Part shown: positions 1 through 9,567 of the stretch, one piece after another
Layout: each line of letters begins with the position of its first letter
How positions within the stretch are numbered: the first letter of the stretch is position 1
NCBI GenBank assembly: GCA_964648855.1
Contig: CAZYLT010000010.1
Location: forward strand, 60,001 to 92,000
Length of the DNA stretch: 32,000 bases
Direction: 5' to 3'
Source: an uncultured archaeon
GTDB taxonomy: Archaea; Asgardarchaeota; Thorarchaeia; Thorarchaeales; Thorarchaeaceae
Notes under the pieces: generated by a model
What the model was told of the DNA's origin: nothing
What the model saw: the letters and a program-made list of their open reading frames with translations, nothing else
Database searches by the model: none
Program-made: the position numbers and the translations under genes

Positions 1-1
1 A

Positions 2-448
2 TTTGCTCACAGAATAGCGGGGATGGCTAAGGAGAAATTTGGTGATACTGCAAAATGGTTTTGTCAACTACCTTGTAGCGAGGATCCTGGAGGTGGGTTG
101 CATATCTACGAAGACCGAACATATATTCCACCCAAACTGGCTGTGCCATATCTCTACAGCTTCTCCGGTGATAATCGGCCTTCACGTATCGACTTTGACA
201 GAATCTGGTGGCTGGAGAATATTTTTGTTGAAGGAAATCCCAAAGCCACTCGAGAGAATGAGAAGCTCATATTCCGTGACCTTGAATTTATGTCACGGGA
301 TGCTCGATGGTACGGGTATCCGGTCCCCTTAGCACTTGCGCATCAATCATGCAAGCTTGGATACGAGGACCTTCGAATCGCACGCGAGATTACAGGTGAT
401 ATTCTGAAGCAGACGACGGAGCCTCTGCGTACTGATTTCAACCTTTAG
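2..448 (+). CDS. nurA: NurA 5'-3' nuclease, C-terminal part (5'-truncated by window edge)
   Basis: Frame is open from base 2 (FAHRIAGM...). The C-terminal GYPVPLALAH matches the NurA GYPxxLxxAH motif. Directly upstream of herA-mre11-rad50. Confidence 0.8.
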   Translation, partial: FAHRIAGMAKEKFGDTAKWFCQLPCSEDPGGGLHIYEDRTYIPPKLAVPYLYSFSGDNRPSRIDFDRIWWLENIFVEGNPKATRENEKLIFRDLEFMSRDARWYGYPVPLALAHQSCKLGYEDLRIAREITGDILKQTTEPLRTDFNL

Positions 449-464
449 GAGAGTATAGGGAAAA

Positions 465-2216
465 ATGACAATACAAAAAGACAATCTCGGAGAACACTAC
501 GGGAAGCTAGGTATTGGTAACCAGACCAATCTTGGAATTATGGGCAAAAACCGTGATATTAGCGTGGGAGAGATATTTCTAGTCTATTCTACAAGAGATG
601 ATCAGGAAAGAGTGTTCTTCTTTCGAGTTCTCGGGCTTGAGAATTACTTGAGACAGGTGGATGACTTAGCACGAGTTGCAGGCACACTCATGGTAGAAGG
701 CGATTCGTATCTTTCAGGAATTGAGAGAAATATGCTTCTCTCTGTAGAGGGAAAGATGCTTGGGTATGCTGAAGAAACAAAAGATGGATGGAAATTCCGG
801 GCGCCGCGAAGGTTGCCCGATCATCTGGCTGATGTTTACCGACCAGTCCCTGGTACATCTGACAAGGTGGTTAGAGAGATGCTTGAGAGCCAAACGGGCG
901 GCCACATGTATGTTGGAAATCTCCAAGTGGGAGAAGAAACACTCGATGTTCCTGCAAAAATTCCATCAAAATTCCTTCCAATGCATTTGGGAATCTTTGG
1001 GTCTACAGGTGCCGGCAAGAGCAACTTGATGATGGTTCTAATCAAATCTATAATTGACAATAACCTTCAGGTGAAACGAACCGGACAGGGTCAGACAATA
1101 TCTGCATTCTGCATTGACCCGCATGATGAGTTTGCTCAAGGTGTTGACGATTATGGGATCCAGCATATTGTAGAAGAGATGAGCCCAAGTACTCGTTCAG
1201 AGGTATTGGGAGATTTCTATTACTTAACAACCCATGCAGGCGCCACAATGAGGGAGATTAAAAGATATGCCCGACAAATTCGTATCTTATGGAGTGAGAT
1301 TAAGCCGCGTGATTTGTATTCTATAATGGACTTCACATCCCAAATGTATTCTTTTATTGATGCTCAGTATGCTCAACACCGCGAGAATTGGATTAGTGAA
1401 ATCTTACAGATGGATGAAGATCCTCATGGCCATCCTAAAGGGACGCTTCGAGCTGTTCAGCGACGTCTGAGTTTTGTTCAGAGGTCACCGATATTTATCG
1501 AGTCAGGCCAATCAATTCTCGGTGAGATATTCAAAGCCATGGAAACTGGTCGCATTCTTGTTGTCAATACCAGCCTTATGAGTGACATGGAGCAATTCCT
1601 TCTCACGACAATAGTGACTCGTACATTATCTGATATGCGGCGTGCGTTGAAGAGCAGCGGTAATCTTGGTGACTTTGATACTCAAGGAAAAAGCAGACTA
1701 CCATATCCGTTCTTCAAAGGAATCAAATCTGCAGCGAGGTCTTTCTACGGGAAGGATGGCAGTTCTGACAAGTCAAGCGTACGCGACCCCCGAAAGCTTC
1801 CAGTTATTCTCGTGACTGTAGAAGAGGCCCCCTCTATCTTGAATCCCGAATTAATGCGAGGTCGTTCCGTATTCAAGGATATCTCAAGGCAGGGTAGAAA
1901 GTTCAACATCGGCCTACTTGTTGTGAGCCAACAGGTCAGTGTCTTAGATAATGTCATCCTCTCCCAAATGAATACTGAAATAAACCTCCGGCTTGGAAAC
2001 GAACGCGAGATACAGGCATGCATAGATAATGCAAGTGTGAATATATCAGGATTTCAGAATGAGTTCAGAGTTATGGCTCGGGGAGAGGCATTACTAACAG
2101 CCTCATACAGAGAAATGCCGCTTCCAGTAAGGATACCACTATTTGATGACATCTTTAAGCGTGACAAGCATACCTACTCATCAGACACAGAGAAAGAAGA
2201 AAAACACATCCTATGA
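465..2216 (+). CDS. herA: HerA bipolar helicase/translocase (FtsK/HerA family), 583 aa
   Basis: N-terminal HAS-barrel-like region, Walker A GSTGAGKS, IDPHDEF, Walker B VTVEEA, arginine finger RQGRKF, SQQ motif; operon context. Confidence 0.92.
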   Translation: MTIQKDNLGEHYGKLGIGNQTNLGIMGKNRDISVGEIFLVYSTRDDQERVFFFRVLGLENYLRQVDDLARVAGTLMVEGDSYLSGIERNMLLSVEGKMLGYAEETKDGWKFRAPRRLPDHLADVYRPVPGTSDKVVREMLESQTGGHMYVGNLQVGEETLDVPAKIPSKFLPMHLGIFGSTGAGKSNLMMVLIKSIIDNNLQVKRTGQGQTISAFCIDPHDEFAQGVDDYGIQHIVEEMSPSTRSEVLGDFYYLTTHAGATMREIKRYARQIRILWSEIKPRDLYSIMDFTSQMYSFIDAQYAQHRENWISEILQMDEDPHGHPKGTLRAVQRRLSFVQRSPIFIESGQSILGEIFKAMETGRILVVNTSLMSDMEQFLLTTIVTRTLSDMRRALKSSGNLGDFDTQGKSRLPYPFFKGIKSAARSFYGKDGSSDKSSVRDPRKLPVILVTVEEAPSILNPELMRGRSVFKDISRQGRKFNIGLLVVSQQVSVLDNVILSQMNTEINLRLGNEREIQACIDNASVNISGFQNEFRVMARGEALLTASYREMPLPVRIPLFDDIFKRDKHTYSSDTEKEEKHIL

Positions 2217-2225
2217 GGAATATAG

Positions 2226-3536
2226 ATGACAGCTCGAATTGCTCACATCTCGGATACCCATCTTGGCACACGACCAGGTACAGGGGTACGGCAGAATGTA
2301 TGGGCAGTCGAGATGAGAACACGGCTTCTTGAGAATGACTTCTATGAACGGTTTGAAGAACTCTTTGAAAGAATCGGAGCACTTGAACCAAAGGTTGATC
2401 TTGTGGTTCACTCGGGGGACCTCTATAACTCTCCCTGGGAGGGCAATCCCACACAGCCACCTGTGGTTGCACAGGAGACCGCGATTAGAGTCCTGAAGGA
2501 CTTCACTGAGCGAACCGAAATTCCGGTGTTCATACTAGAAGGAAACCATGGTATATACCGAACGCTAGAGGTCTCCTTGCTTGATACTCTCAAAATGGCA
2601 GTCCCTCGATTGGAAATCGCAACACAACAGGAATTGAAACGCGCTATTGCGAAGGGCGAGCCGCTCGTTCGCGAGTACGAGAATTTGAATGTGTATTGTT
2701 TCCCGTATCTTGACAAGAGTGTTCTTGATTCGGCTGGACTGGTGGATGCTTTCATTGACTGGATTAGGACCTATCAAAAGCCGTCTTCCGATAAGGCTTC
2801 TATCGCTGTTGCACATGGCATGGAGCTAGACGAGAGTCTTTACTCTCCGATCTTTGACATGGGCTACGACTATATAGCGCTTGGACATGACCACCGACAA
2901 CATGCACACTCGAAGAATACGTGGTATGCCGGTTCCCCTGAACGCTGGAGATTCGACGAAATAAAGCATGAGAAGGGATTCATCGTAGTGGACATAGAAG
3001 AAGATAGTACTCTTGACATTACCCCTGAGCATTTTGATTTTGTTCGCCCTGTCTATAATGAAATGATGACAATTGATTCGGATGATACTGTCGCTACGAT
3101 GATTGAAAAGGTGCGCGCCTTTCTTGATGAGAAAGGTCTCAAATCGGAATGGGATATATCAACTGCTGGACGAGTCAGAATAGTGTTTGAGGGCTCCGCG
3201 AGTAGAGTCAAGCCAATGGACCTTACGATTGCATTGGAGAATTTTCGCCTTGAGGCATTTACCACAGGTTCAGAATACAACCTGGCGCAAATGGTATGGA
3301 CCATAAGACGTGACAAAGAAGAATTTACGGAAGCTGCTTATCCTGAGATAGAATCGGAGTATCTAATTGAAGACCCCGAACAAGACTTCAGGGAATATGT
3401 TGAAACTCTAGATATCGATGAACAATTCGACATCACCAAGCTCACCAAGGTTGCTGTCAAGGCCCTCAGAAAGGCTGTAAATCGGGATGAAGAAAAACTA
3501 GCCTTTGTGGACCTAGCGGAGGGTGGTGAGGAATGA
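2226..3536 (+). CDS. mre11: Mre11 nuclease, 436 aa
   Basis: Phosphoesterase motifs HISDTHLG, HSGDLY, GNH, AHG, ALGHDH, YAGSPE; ATGA overlap with rad50. Confidence 0.93.
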   Translation: MTARIAHISDTHLGTRPGTGVRQNVWAVEMRTRLLENDFYERFEELFERIGALEPKVDLVVHSGDLYNSPWEGNPTQPPVVAQETAIRVLKDFTERTEIPVFILEGNHGIYRTLEVSLLDTLKMAVPRLEIATQQELKRAIAKGEPLVREYENLNVYCFPYLDKSVLDSAGLVDAFIDWIRTYQKPSSDKASIAVAHGMELDESLYSPIFDMGYDYIALGHDHRQHAHSKNTWYAGSPERWRFDEIKHEKGFIVVDIEEDSTLDITPEHFDFVRPVYNEMMTIDSDDTVATMIEKVRAFLDEKGLKSEWDISTAGRVRIVFEGSASRVKPMDLTIALENFRLEAFTTGSEYNLAQMVWTIRRDKEEFTEAAYPEIESEYLIEDPEQDFREYVETLDIDEQFDITKLTKVAVKALRKAVNRDEEKLAFVDLAEGGEE

Positions 3537-5614
3537 AGATTCTGAGTATTGAACTCACTAATTTCAAGCCCTTTAGAGATGTTCGCCTCCCCTCCGATGG
3601 TCATCTCCCGGACGGTCTGATAATTATCAAGGGCCCAAACTCCACAGGAAAATCATCGATATTCGAGGCTGTTCTGTGGTGTCTATGGGGGTCAAATGCA
3701 GTTGAGCTGACGAATGAGGAATTGATCAGCTTTTCGTCCTCATTTTGCAAGGTTATTGTTGAGTTCGAAGTAGCAGGCCGTCAATACAAAATAGACCGCT
3801 CCTATGATCCAGCTAGTAGACTATCGGTTGTGTTCTACCAACAGACCGTTGATGGTTGGAAGCGAATTGCCGATGGCAGTAATTCAGTCGAGTCAAAACT
3901 TGAAGAAATCATCAACTTGGGACTACGGCAGGCATTAAACACGCTTCTTGTACGGCAAGGTGAAGTCGCGCTAATTGCGAACGCCACTGCATCGGTTCTT
4001 CGAGGTCTGTTGGTTGACGTGTACAATATTGAGATTCTGGGCGATATGTCTGGACACATATCGCATCTCGAAGATGACTTGAAGACTCGAATAGGGGTTT
4101 TGGAGAAAAAGTATGTTCGACCTGAAGTGATTGAAAAGCAAATTGAAGACATGGAAGAACGAATTGAAGAACATAGAAGCAATATCGAATCGAAGAAGGA
4201 TGAAATAGCAGGAACAGAGGACTTACTGAAGGATGTACCTCAACCTCACCTATTGGATGCAATTCAGGATATGTCTTCTAAATTAGAACGGAAGGAGGTC
4301 CAACTGAAGAGTGTACAGAAGACAAGAGACTCCTACCTGGAGGAAGCAGGTCTACTCACAGCAGAAGAAGAACTGGTACAAGCGCGTTTGGACACATTAT
4401 CCAAAAATGAGGAAGATGTGAAAGGCCGAATAGAGGAATTAGGCGAAGAGAAATCACAGATTGAGCGGGAGATAGGATCAATTAGAGGAACAGAGAGAGA
4501 CCTGCAAGAGAAAATCGAAACCCTTCAAGAAGCAAAGGACGTGACAATCTGTCCAACATGCTCAAAGCCTCTAACGGCAGAGGAGCGCGATGACATTCTA
4601 CAAGAATATCAGGACACTATCAAAGAAGGGACAGCGAGGATTAGCAAGCTTCAGGCGAAGAACAAGAAGGTCTCTGAAGAAGCTCAGAACCAAAAGAAGC
4701 GCCTGGGAGAAATCCAAAAAGCTCTCCAAGCCATTGGGCAAATAAAGAGACATCAGAATGACGTAGCTGATGCTGAAAACGAACTAGATGAAGCCCGAGA
4801 GGATTTGGAGAAAGCAATTGCAAAGCTGGGAGTAAAGGATCTTCAGACTCTTCTTGAGAAACATGGCGTAAAGAAACTAGGTGAACTGCAACGACTTGTT
4901 GAAGCTTGGATTAGTAAATTAGGGTCTCTGAAGAATGAGATTGAATCCATAAATAAGATGATTGAAGGCGAGAAAAGGCGCATAGCAGATGCCAAGAAGA
5001 AAATCGAAAAAATGGATGAGATTGGCTCAGAGATTGACGACCTAAGATCTCTACATGAGCATGCACAATATGTCCGACGAAAGCTAGTGAGTGGCTTCTT
5101 GGCAGACTACGTTATTCAGAAGCGTCTCATAGGAATAATTCGGGGTGCTACCAATCCCTACGTACGTGCGTTTACGAGTGGCCAATACTCTGGTGTTGAT
5201 TTGGTACCTACACCTGGTCGTGGTCGTGGTGGGGCTGGACTTGAGCTCAAAATCCAAGATGTTCGTGACAATGCCGTTAAGAAGACATCCCAACTCAGTT
5301 TTGGAGACCGTACGGCCATCAGCCTTGGGCTACGGCTAGGTATCAGCCGGACAATGAGCGCAATCCGTCCTCTCAAAGACAGCCCTGCATTGTCACCCCG
5401 AGTTAGATGCGTTCTGCTGGATGAGCCATTGGGGGGCTTGGATAGTGCACGGAGAAAATCAGTAGTTCAGAATCTAGTGAATGATCAATCATTCCGACAA
5501 ATCTTCCTCATCACACACACGGATGTCCAAGGATGGGAAGGAGTGCCTGTAGTCGATGTTTCAAAGACAGGTACAAGCAGTGAGGCAAACTTGGTTCAAT
5601 CATCGGATATGTAA
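3533..5614 (+). CDS. rad50: Rad50 ATPase, 693 aa
   Basis: Walker A GPNSTGKS, Q-loop VRQGE, coiled coils with central zinc hook CPTC, signature LSFGDR, Walker B LLDEP, H-loop ITH. Confidence 0.93.
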   Translation: MKILSIELTNFKPFRDVRLPSDGHLPDGLIIIKGPNSTGKSSIFEAVLWCLWGSNAVELTNEELISFSSSFCKVIVEFEVAGRQYKIDRSYDPASRLSVVFYQQTVDGWKRIADGSNSVESKLEEIINLGLRQALNTLLVRQGEVALIANATASVLRGLLVDVYNIEILGDMSGHISHLEDDLKTRIGVLEKKYVRPEVIEKQIEDMEERIEEHRSNIESKKDEIAGTEDLLKDVPQPHLLDAIQDMSSKLERKEVQLKSVQKTRDSYLEEAGLLTAEEELVQARLDTLSKNEEDVKGRIEELGEEKSQIEREIGSIRGTERDLQEKIETLQEAKDVTICPTCSKPLTAEERDDILQEYQDTIKEGTARISKLQAKNKKVSEEAQNQKKRLGEIQKALQAIGQIKRHQNDVADAENELDEAREDLEKAIAKLGVKDLQTLLEKHGVKKLGELQRLVEAWISKLGSLKNEIESINKMIEGEKRRIADAKKKIEKMDEIGSEIDDLRSLHEHAQYVRRKLVSGFLADYVIQKRLIGIIRGATNPYVRAFTSGQYSGVDLVPTPGRGRGGAGLELKIQDVRDNAVKKTSQLSFGDRTAISLGLRLGISRTMSAIRPLKDSPALSPRVRCVLLDEPLGGLDSARRKSVVQNLVNDQSFRQIFLITHTDVQGWEGVPVVDVSKTGTSSEANLVQSSDM

Positions 5615-5684
5615 GAAATCATCGTAAAAGGAAGTTTCATTGTCGAGGAAGCATTAATGAGCCACGATACAAGGACAATTTTCT

Positions 5685-7250
5685 ATGGAGCTCTCCCGGA
5701 TTAAGCGAAAAATTATCAGCTTACTTCGCAATTACCTACTTTTTATTGTTGTACTTGTAATTGGTTTCTACGTTTGGGGGAATGTTTTCTCGCTCGCCAT
5801 CAAAGACTATATGGAGTCTGCTCTTTGGAGAACCCGTGGAGTCTGGCTAGGCGAGGGGACCTTTGACTTATTTGGCCTTGAGATATATTACCAGTTTGAG
5901 GGCTACACCGATCACTCATTCTATTACATTCACTGGGGCCACAATATGCTTCGTGGAGTCATGCCCTATTGTGAAGAATTCGGTCACATCGTACTGGATG
6001 GATATGAGAACAATAATGGGCTCTATATCTTCCCCCCGCTCTACGCCTATCTATATGCTATCGGTGTGATTCTACCCATAGAGGGATGGGGCATTGGGTT
6101 GTTATTGGTTTCTTTTGGGTTCCTAACAGCATTCCCTGTTTTTGGTATTGCAAAGGAACTATCTGAGAATCACGTCATTGGAGCTGTTGCAGCTCTCACG
6201 TATTTACTTAATCCCAATATTCTGTATCATATCACATTTGCCTGGCTTAACCCAGCTCCTTTCATCTTCTTCTTCTTCTCTGGTTTCTATATGCTCATCA
6301 AAGGAAGAAGAGATGTTGGGACGGTACTGATAGTTGCGGCAGCCTTATTCAAGCAAACTGCATGGTTTTTGGGCATTCCATTAGTAGTGTATCTCCTTGT
6401 AAAACCCAAAACTCAGGGTCGAAATGCGACTGCATCTGGTGATGATTCTCCAGATTCAGACGGGGAACCAACCAACGCCCCTGACTCCGAATCGGAAACT
6501 AAGAAGAGTTCTTGGCAGTATCTAAATGATATATTGGATCTCCATGGATTTGCAAGAAGCTCCCTCTTGGTAATAGCTTTCGTGTTAGCTATAATGTTCC
6601 CCTTTTTGCTTGCTCAGCCAAATGTGCTGTCCCAAATGCTCCTTGGTGCTGGGGGCTTCTCCTTGGATTCATTTACTGAGGTCCCGGGATACTCTGCGCC
6701 AATGACGGTTCAAGTGCTCGCTGTTGTTGCGGAGATTCCATTTCTAGCTGAGATACTGAATTTCATTGTATATCCCGGCTTCTTGTTGTCCTTTGGTGTT
6801 ATTCTACTCATGGGAATAATGTTTCTAGAACCTCGACCTGAGGATGACAAACTGTATCTTCGCAGATTGCTTTTCTTGACATTACTGTTAATGCTCTTTG
6901 TTCATCTAGCAGGTCCTCGAGGCGTCTACAAGTATTACTTCACTCTCTTTGCACCCTTTTTCTCCATATTCTCCTCAGAAAAAATGGTCACAAGCGACAA
7001 GAATCGTGTGAATTTCTCTAGCTCTATGCTATGGCTGCCCATTGCTCTCTCCTTCTCAATACTTATTCCCCCGCGAGAAGTATATCTCTTCTCTGTTCTC
7101 CTTATCCTCATTGGATATCTTGCTGTGAGGCAAGTTGGGGCATTCTGGTCAGTGATTTCATATCTCTTCCGATATGCAATGGGAAAACTTAGGCCACTGC
7201 TTACTAGAATTAGACAAATAACAAATCAAAAAAGCCAGAATCTCAATTGA
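5685..7250 (+). CDS. Multi-pass membrane protein, GT-C (GT87/PIG-M-like) glycosyltransferase candidate
   Basis: About 11-12 hydrophobic segments. First extracytoplasmic loop has YTD...G..PY...YIFPPLY and a later FKQ motif, typical of GT-C mannosyltransferase-like families. Confidence 0.6.
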   Translation: MELSRIKRKIISLLRNYLLFIVVLVIGFYVWGNVFSLAIKDYMESALWRTRGVWLGEGTFDLFGLEIYYQFEGYTDHSFYYIHWGHNMLRGVMPYCEEFGHIVLDGYENNNGLYIFPPLYAYLYAIGVILPIEGWGIGLLLVSFGFLTAFPVFGIAKELSENHVIGAVAALTYLLNPNILYHITFAWLNPAPFIFFFFSGFYMLIKGRRDVGTVLIVAAALFKQTAWFLGIPLVVYLLVKPKTQGRNATASGDDSPDSDGEPTNAPDSESETKKSSWQYLNDILDLHGFARSSLLVIAFVLAIMFPFLLAQPNVLSQMLLGAGGFSLDSFTEVPGYSAPMTVQVLAVVAEIPFLAEILNFIVYPGFLLSFGVILLMGIMFLEPRPEDDKLYLRRLLFLTLLLMLFVHLAGPRGVYKYYFTLFAPFFSIFSSEKMVTSDKNRVNFSSSMLWLPIALSFSILIPPREVYLFSVLLILIGYLAVRQVGAFWSVISYLFRYAMGKLRPLLTRIRQITNQKSQNLN

Positions 7251-7269
7251 GCATGGACTCATCTGCTGT

Positions 7270-8442
7270 CTATTTTGCCATGCCCTTAAGCTCTTCCTTC
7301 TTTTTTGAAACTCTCTTTTCTAGCGACTTGATTTTTTCAGCTAGTTTTTCTGCTTGTTCTTCGTAGGCGTCTCTAGGCATTGCCCCCGATGAATGTCGCT
7401 CTTCAATATGATCTTGGAGTTGCTTGACAGACTTTAGTTCTGCATTCAATGACTTGATGTCTGCTTCTAGGTCAGCCACCTTGTTTTCGTCTTCGGTCTT
7501 GAACTGTTTCGCGGGGATAATCACACCAAGCTGATCTTGTGTCTTCTCTGCAAAATCTTGAAACTGATTTCTGAGTGCATCTATGTTCTTCTCTACTCGC
7601 TCTACCTTTTCTGTGGCAGTTTCAATATCTTTCTGCAAGTCGAACACTGCATTTACTAGTCTTCGTAGTGTATTCTCAAATTCTTCTGACACGACACCAC
7701 TCCCTGATTCTCTCATGCTCTTTTGTGTTGAATCGTTCCTAGTCTTGTCTTCAGCCCTTAGAGGCGTGGACTGCATTCTATTGAGCCAAGAGAATGCATT
7801 AAGTGCAAAATTCTTGTTATCTTCTTTCTTGAAGCCGCCGCCTCTTCTGAAGACCTCATAGCTGCTAATACAAATCACTCTCCCCTTTCCATGCTCCGCA
7901 ACAGCGATAACAGGTTTGCTGGGTGGGTCTGCGGTTCCTCCAGTCTTTGCCAAGACCTCTGCGTTGCTCTCCACTTCGAGTGTGCAACCAGATGGTAGCA
8001 AAATTTCATTAATTCCTTCCATGATAGGATGGTCTTCTAAATCCCTAATAATAGGCATAGTAGGTAGTCCATCGTTGTGTTTCTTATCTTTGATTGCAGT
8101 ATTGTCGAAAGTTATTCCGAAGGATTTGGATATATCGCTCATGTTATTCATGAGACCTCGATCCCCGCCCGAGTGGGAGAGGAGCATAAGACCGCCTCCG
8201 TCTTCAACGAACTCCATTAGTGCTGTTATCTCTGCCTTTCTTAGCTTGGAGCTGTTCGGACAGCCAAACACCATTATTGCTGCTGACTTGATTTCCTTTG
8301 GAAGAAGCATAAAATCTGTGTAGGCCTCAACATCATAGTCGTTATCTCGGAGTAATTGGCGTAGTTCTGAGTATGTTGTATCAAGCCTACCCCTTTCATT
8401 TTGAGTCTGGTCGAAGTAAATGAGCATTCTACGTCCGCTCAA
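7270..8442 (-). CDS. GIFT (IFT52/GldG-like, DUF4350-type) domain protein with C-terminal coiled coil
   Basis: IYFDQTQNE...EITALMEFVEDGGGLMLL...GITF...GKGRVICI...DNKNFALNAFSWL pattern, then a heptad-rich C-terminus. Start set at the TTG following a GGTGA RBS; GTG at 8451 is the alternative. Confidence 0.7.
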   Translation of the reverse strand: MSGRRMLIYFDQTQNERGRLDTTYSELRQLLRDNDYDVEAYTDFMLLPKEIKSAAIMVFGCPNSSKLRKAEITALMEFVEDGGGLMLLSHSGGDRGLMNNMSDISKSFGITFDNTAIKDKKHNDGLPTMPIIRDLEDHPIMEGINEILLPSGCTLEVESNAEVLAKTGGTADPPSKPVIAVAEHGKGRVICISSYEVFRRGGGFKKEDNKNFALNAFSWLNRMQSTPLRAEDKTRNDSTQKSMRESGSGVVSEEFENTLRRLVNAVFDLQKDIETATEKVERVEKNIDALRNQFQDFAEKTQDQLGVIIPAKQFKTEDENKVADLEADIKSLNAELKSVKQLQDHIEERHSSGAMPRDAYEEQAEKLAEKIKSLEKRVSKKKEELKGMAK

Positions 8443-8573
8443 TAATCTCACCTTGCTATGCCGAGTTATGAGAGAACTCCAGATTTCAACTAATGAGGCT
8501 TCCTTGGATGGCCTTTTCTACGATTATATCTCTTCCAGGTCCAAAAGACCTAACTATGTAATACGCTCCTCGA

Positions 8574-8584
8574 ACAATTTATCA
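8574..8584 (+). promoter_or_regulatory. Putative archaeal TATA-like element for the HIT gene (leaderless)
   Basis: AATTTATCA about 26-33 nt upstream of ATG 8609. Confidence 0.35.
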
Positions 8585-8608
8585 AAGCAGATAGTCAATC
8601 AGAAACTC

Positions 8609-9046
8609 ATGACAAAAGAGGATTGCACCTTTTGCAAGATTGTGAGTGGCGAAATTCCAGCCTCAGTGATTTTTGAAGATGAGGTATGCATGGCATTCAT
8701 GGATGTCTTTCCAGTGAACGAAGGACATTGTCTACTTATTCCTAAGGATCACTTTGAGAACATGTTGGATGTAGACCCAAATGTCGTATCTCACTTGGCA
8801 GTACGTCTTCGTGAGCTTACAAAGCGAGTTTACGGCATATATGCTCCGACGGGAATAATCAATGCAATCGCAAATGGCAGTGCAGCCGGACAAGAAATTC
8901 CTCACTTACACATCCATGTCATTCCGCGCAAGGCGGGAGATGAATTTGGCTTCCGTTTTCCCGAAGGATATCGAGATGAGATGGCTTCTAGAGAACACCT
9001 TGATGACACTGCCGAGAAGCTTAGAAATGTCAATCTTCAAGATTGA
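8609..9046 (+). CDS. HIT-family (HINT-like) nucleotide hydrolase
   Basis: CTFCKI at the N-terminus, GHCLLIPK, AGQEIPHLHIHVIPR histidine triad. Start moved to ATG 8609 because the upstream ORF extension overlaps the divergent gene. Confidence 0.92.
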   Translation: MTKEDCTFCKIVSGEIPASVIFEDEVCMAFMDVFPVNEGHCLLIPKDHFENMLDVDPNVVSHLAVRLRELTKRVYGIYAPTGIINAIANGSAAGQEIPHLHIHVIPRKAGDEFGFRFPEGYRDEMASREHLDDTAEKLRNVNLQD

Positions 9047-9470
9047 GTAGATGTAGGCCTGTAGATTCGTCCTCCGTACGGGTTAGTGTTCCCGCCAGAA
9101 CGGTGATGAGAATCTCGATTGTCACGGAGACAGTGCACCCCCTCATTAAGTGACCACCATAACACCTTCCCGCTTTATCCGCCACAACCGTGTGGGCATG
9201 GACAACGGGTGTGTTATCTCCCTTACGAGATATATTCCCCATACAAGAAACAACTTCCAAGTCCTCATCCACCTCAAAATCCATGTATTCTTTCTTCTCG
9301 ACATTAAAGTATCCGAGATGAGCCCCTCCAATAGCCCCAATTAGATTGAGCTTGCCTGCGTGAATATCGTAATCTAATGCAATTTGCTCAAGCGACTCAA
9401 GAATGTCTTCACCGGGAAAGAGCCTAGCCACTATTACTTGCTCTGTTTGGGTCTCCTTGATAGTTGGCAT
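9030..9470 (-). CDS. PPC/DUF296 domain protein
   Basis: RLFPGEDILESL, IGAI, EVVSCMGNI, VHAH, YGGHL, VTIEI motifs. Confidence 0.9.
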   Translation of the reverse strand: MPTIKETQTEQVIVARLFPGEDILESLEQIALDYDIHAGKLNLIGAIGGAHLGYFNVEKKEYMDFEVDEDLEVVSCMGNISRKGDNTPVVHAHTVVADKAGRCYGGHLMRGCTVSVTIEILITVLAGTLTRTEDESTGLHLLNLED

Positions 9471-9567
9471 ACTTGAGAAATGAATACCTGCTTAATGAAG
9501 ATACGTGTTGCACTCATCATGCCGATAGGAAGTGCTTATCAATACTTCACTATGCATGAACAAATGA

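Noticed and set aside
2-2216. NurA/HerA as an anti-phage defence pair
   Set aside because: Direct coupling to mre11-rad50 indicates the housekeeping resection operon.
8420-8608. 63-aa N-terminal extension of the HIT ORF
   Set aside because: Overlaps the divergent gene and promoter space; the HIT domain begins at ATG 8609.
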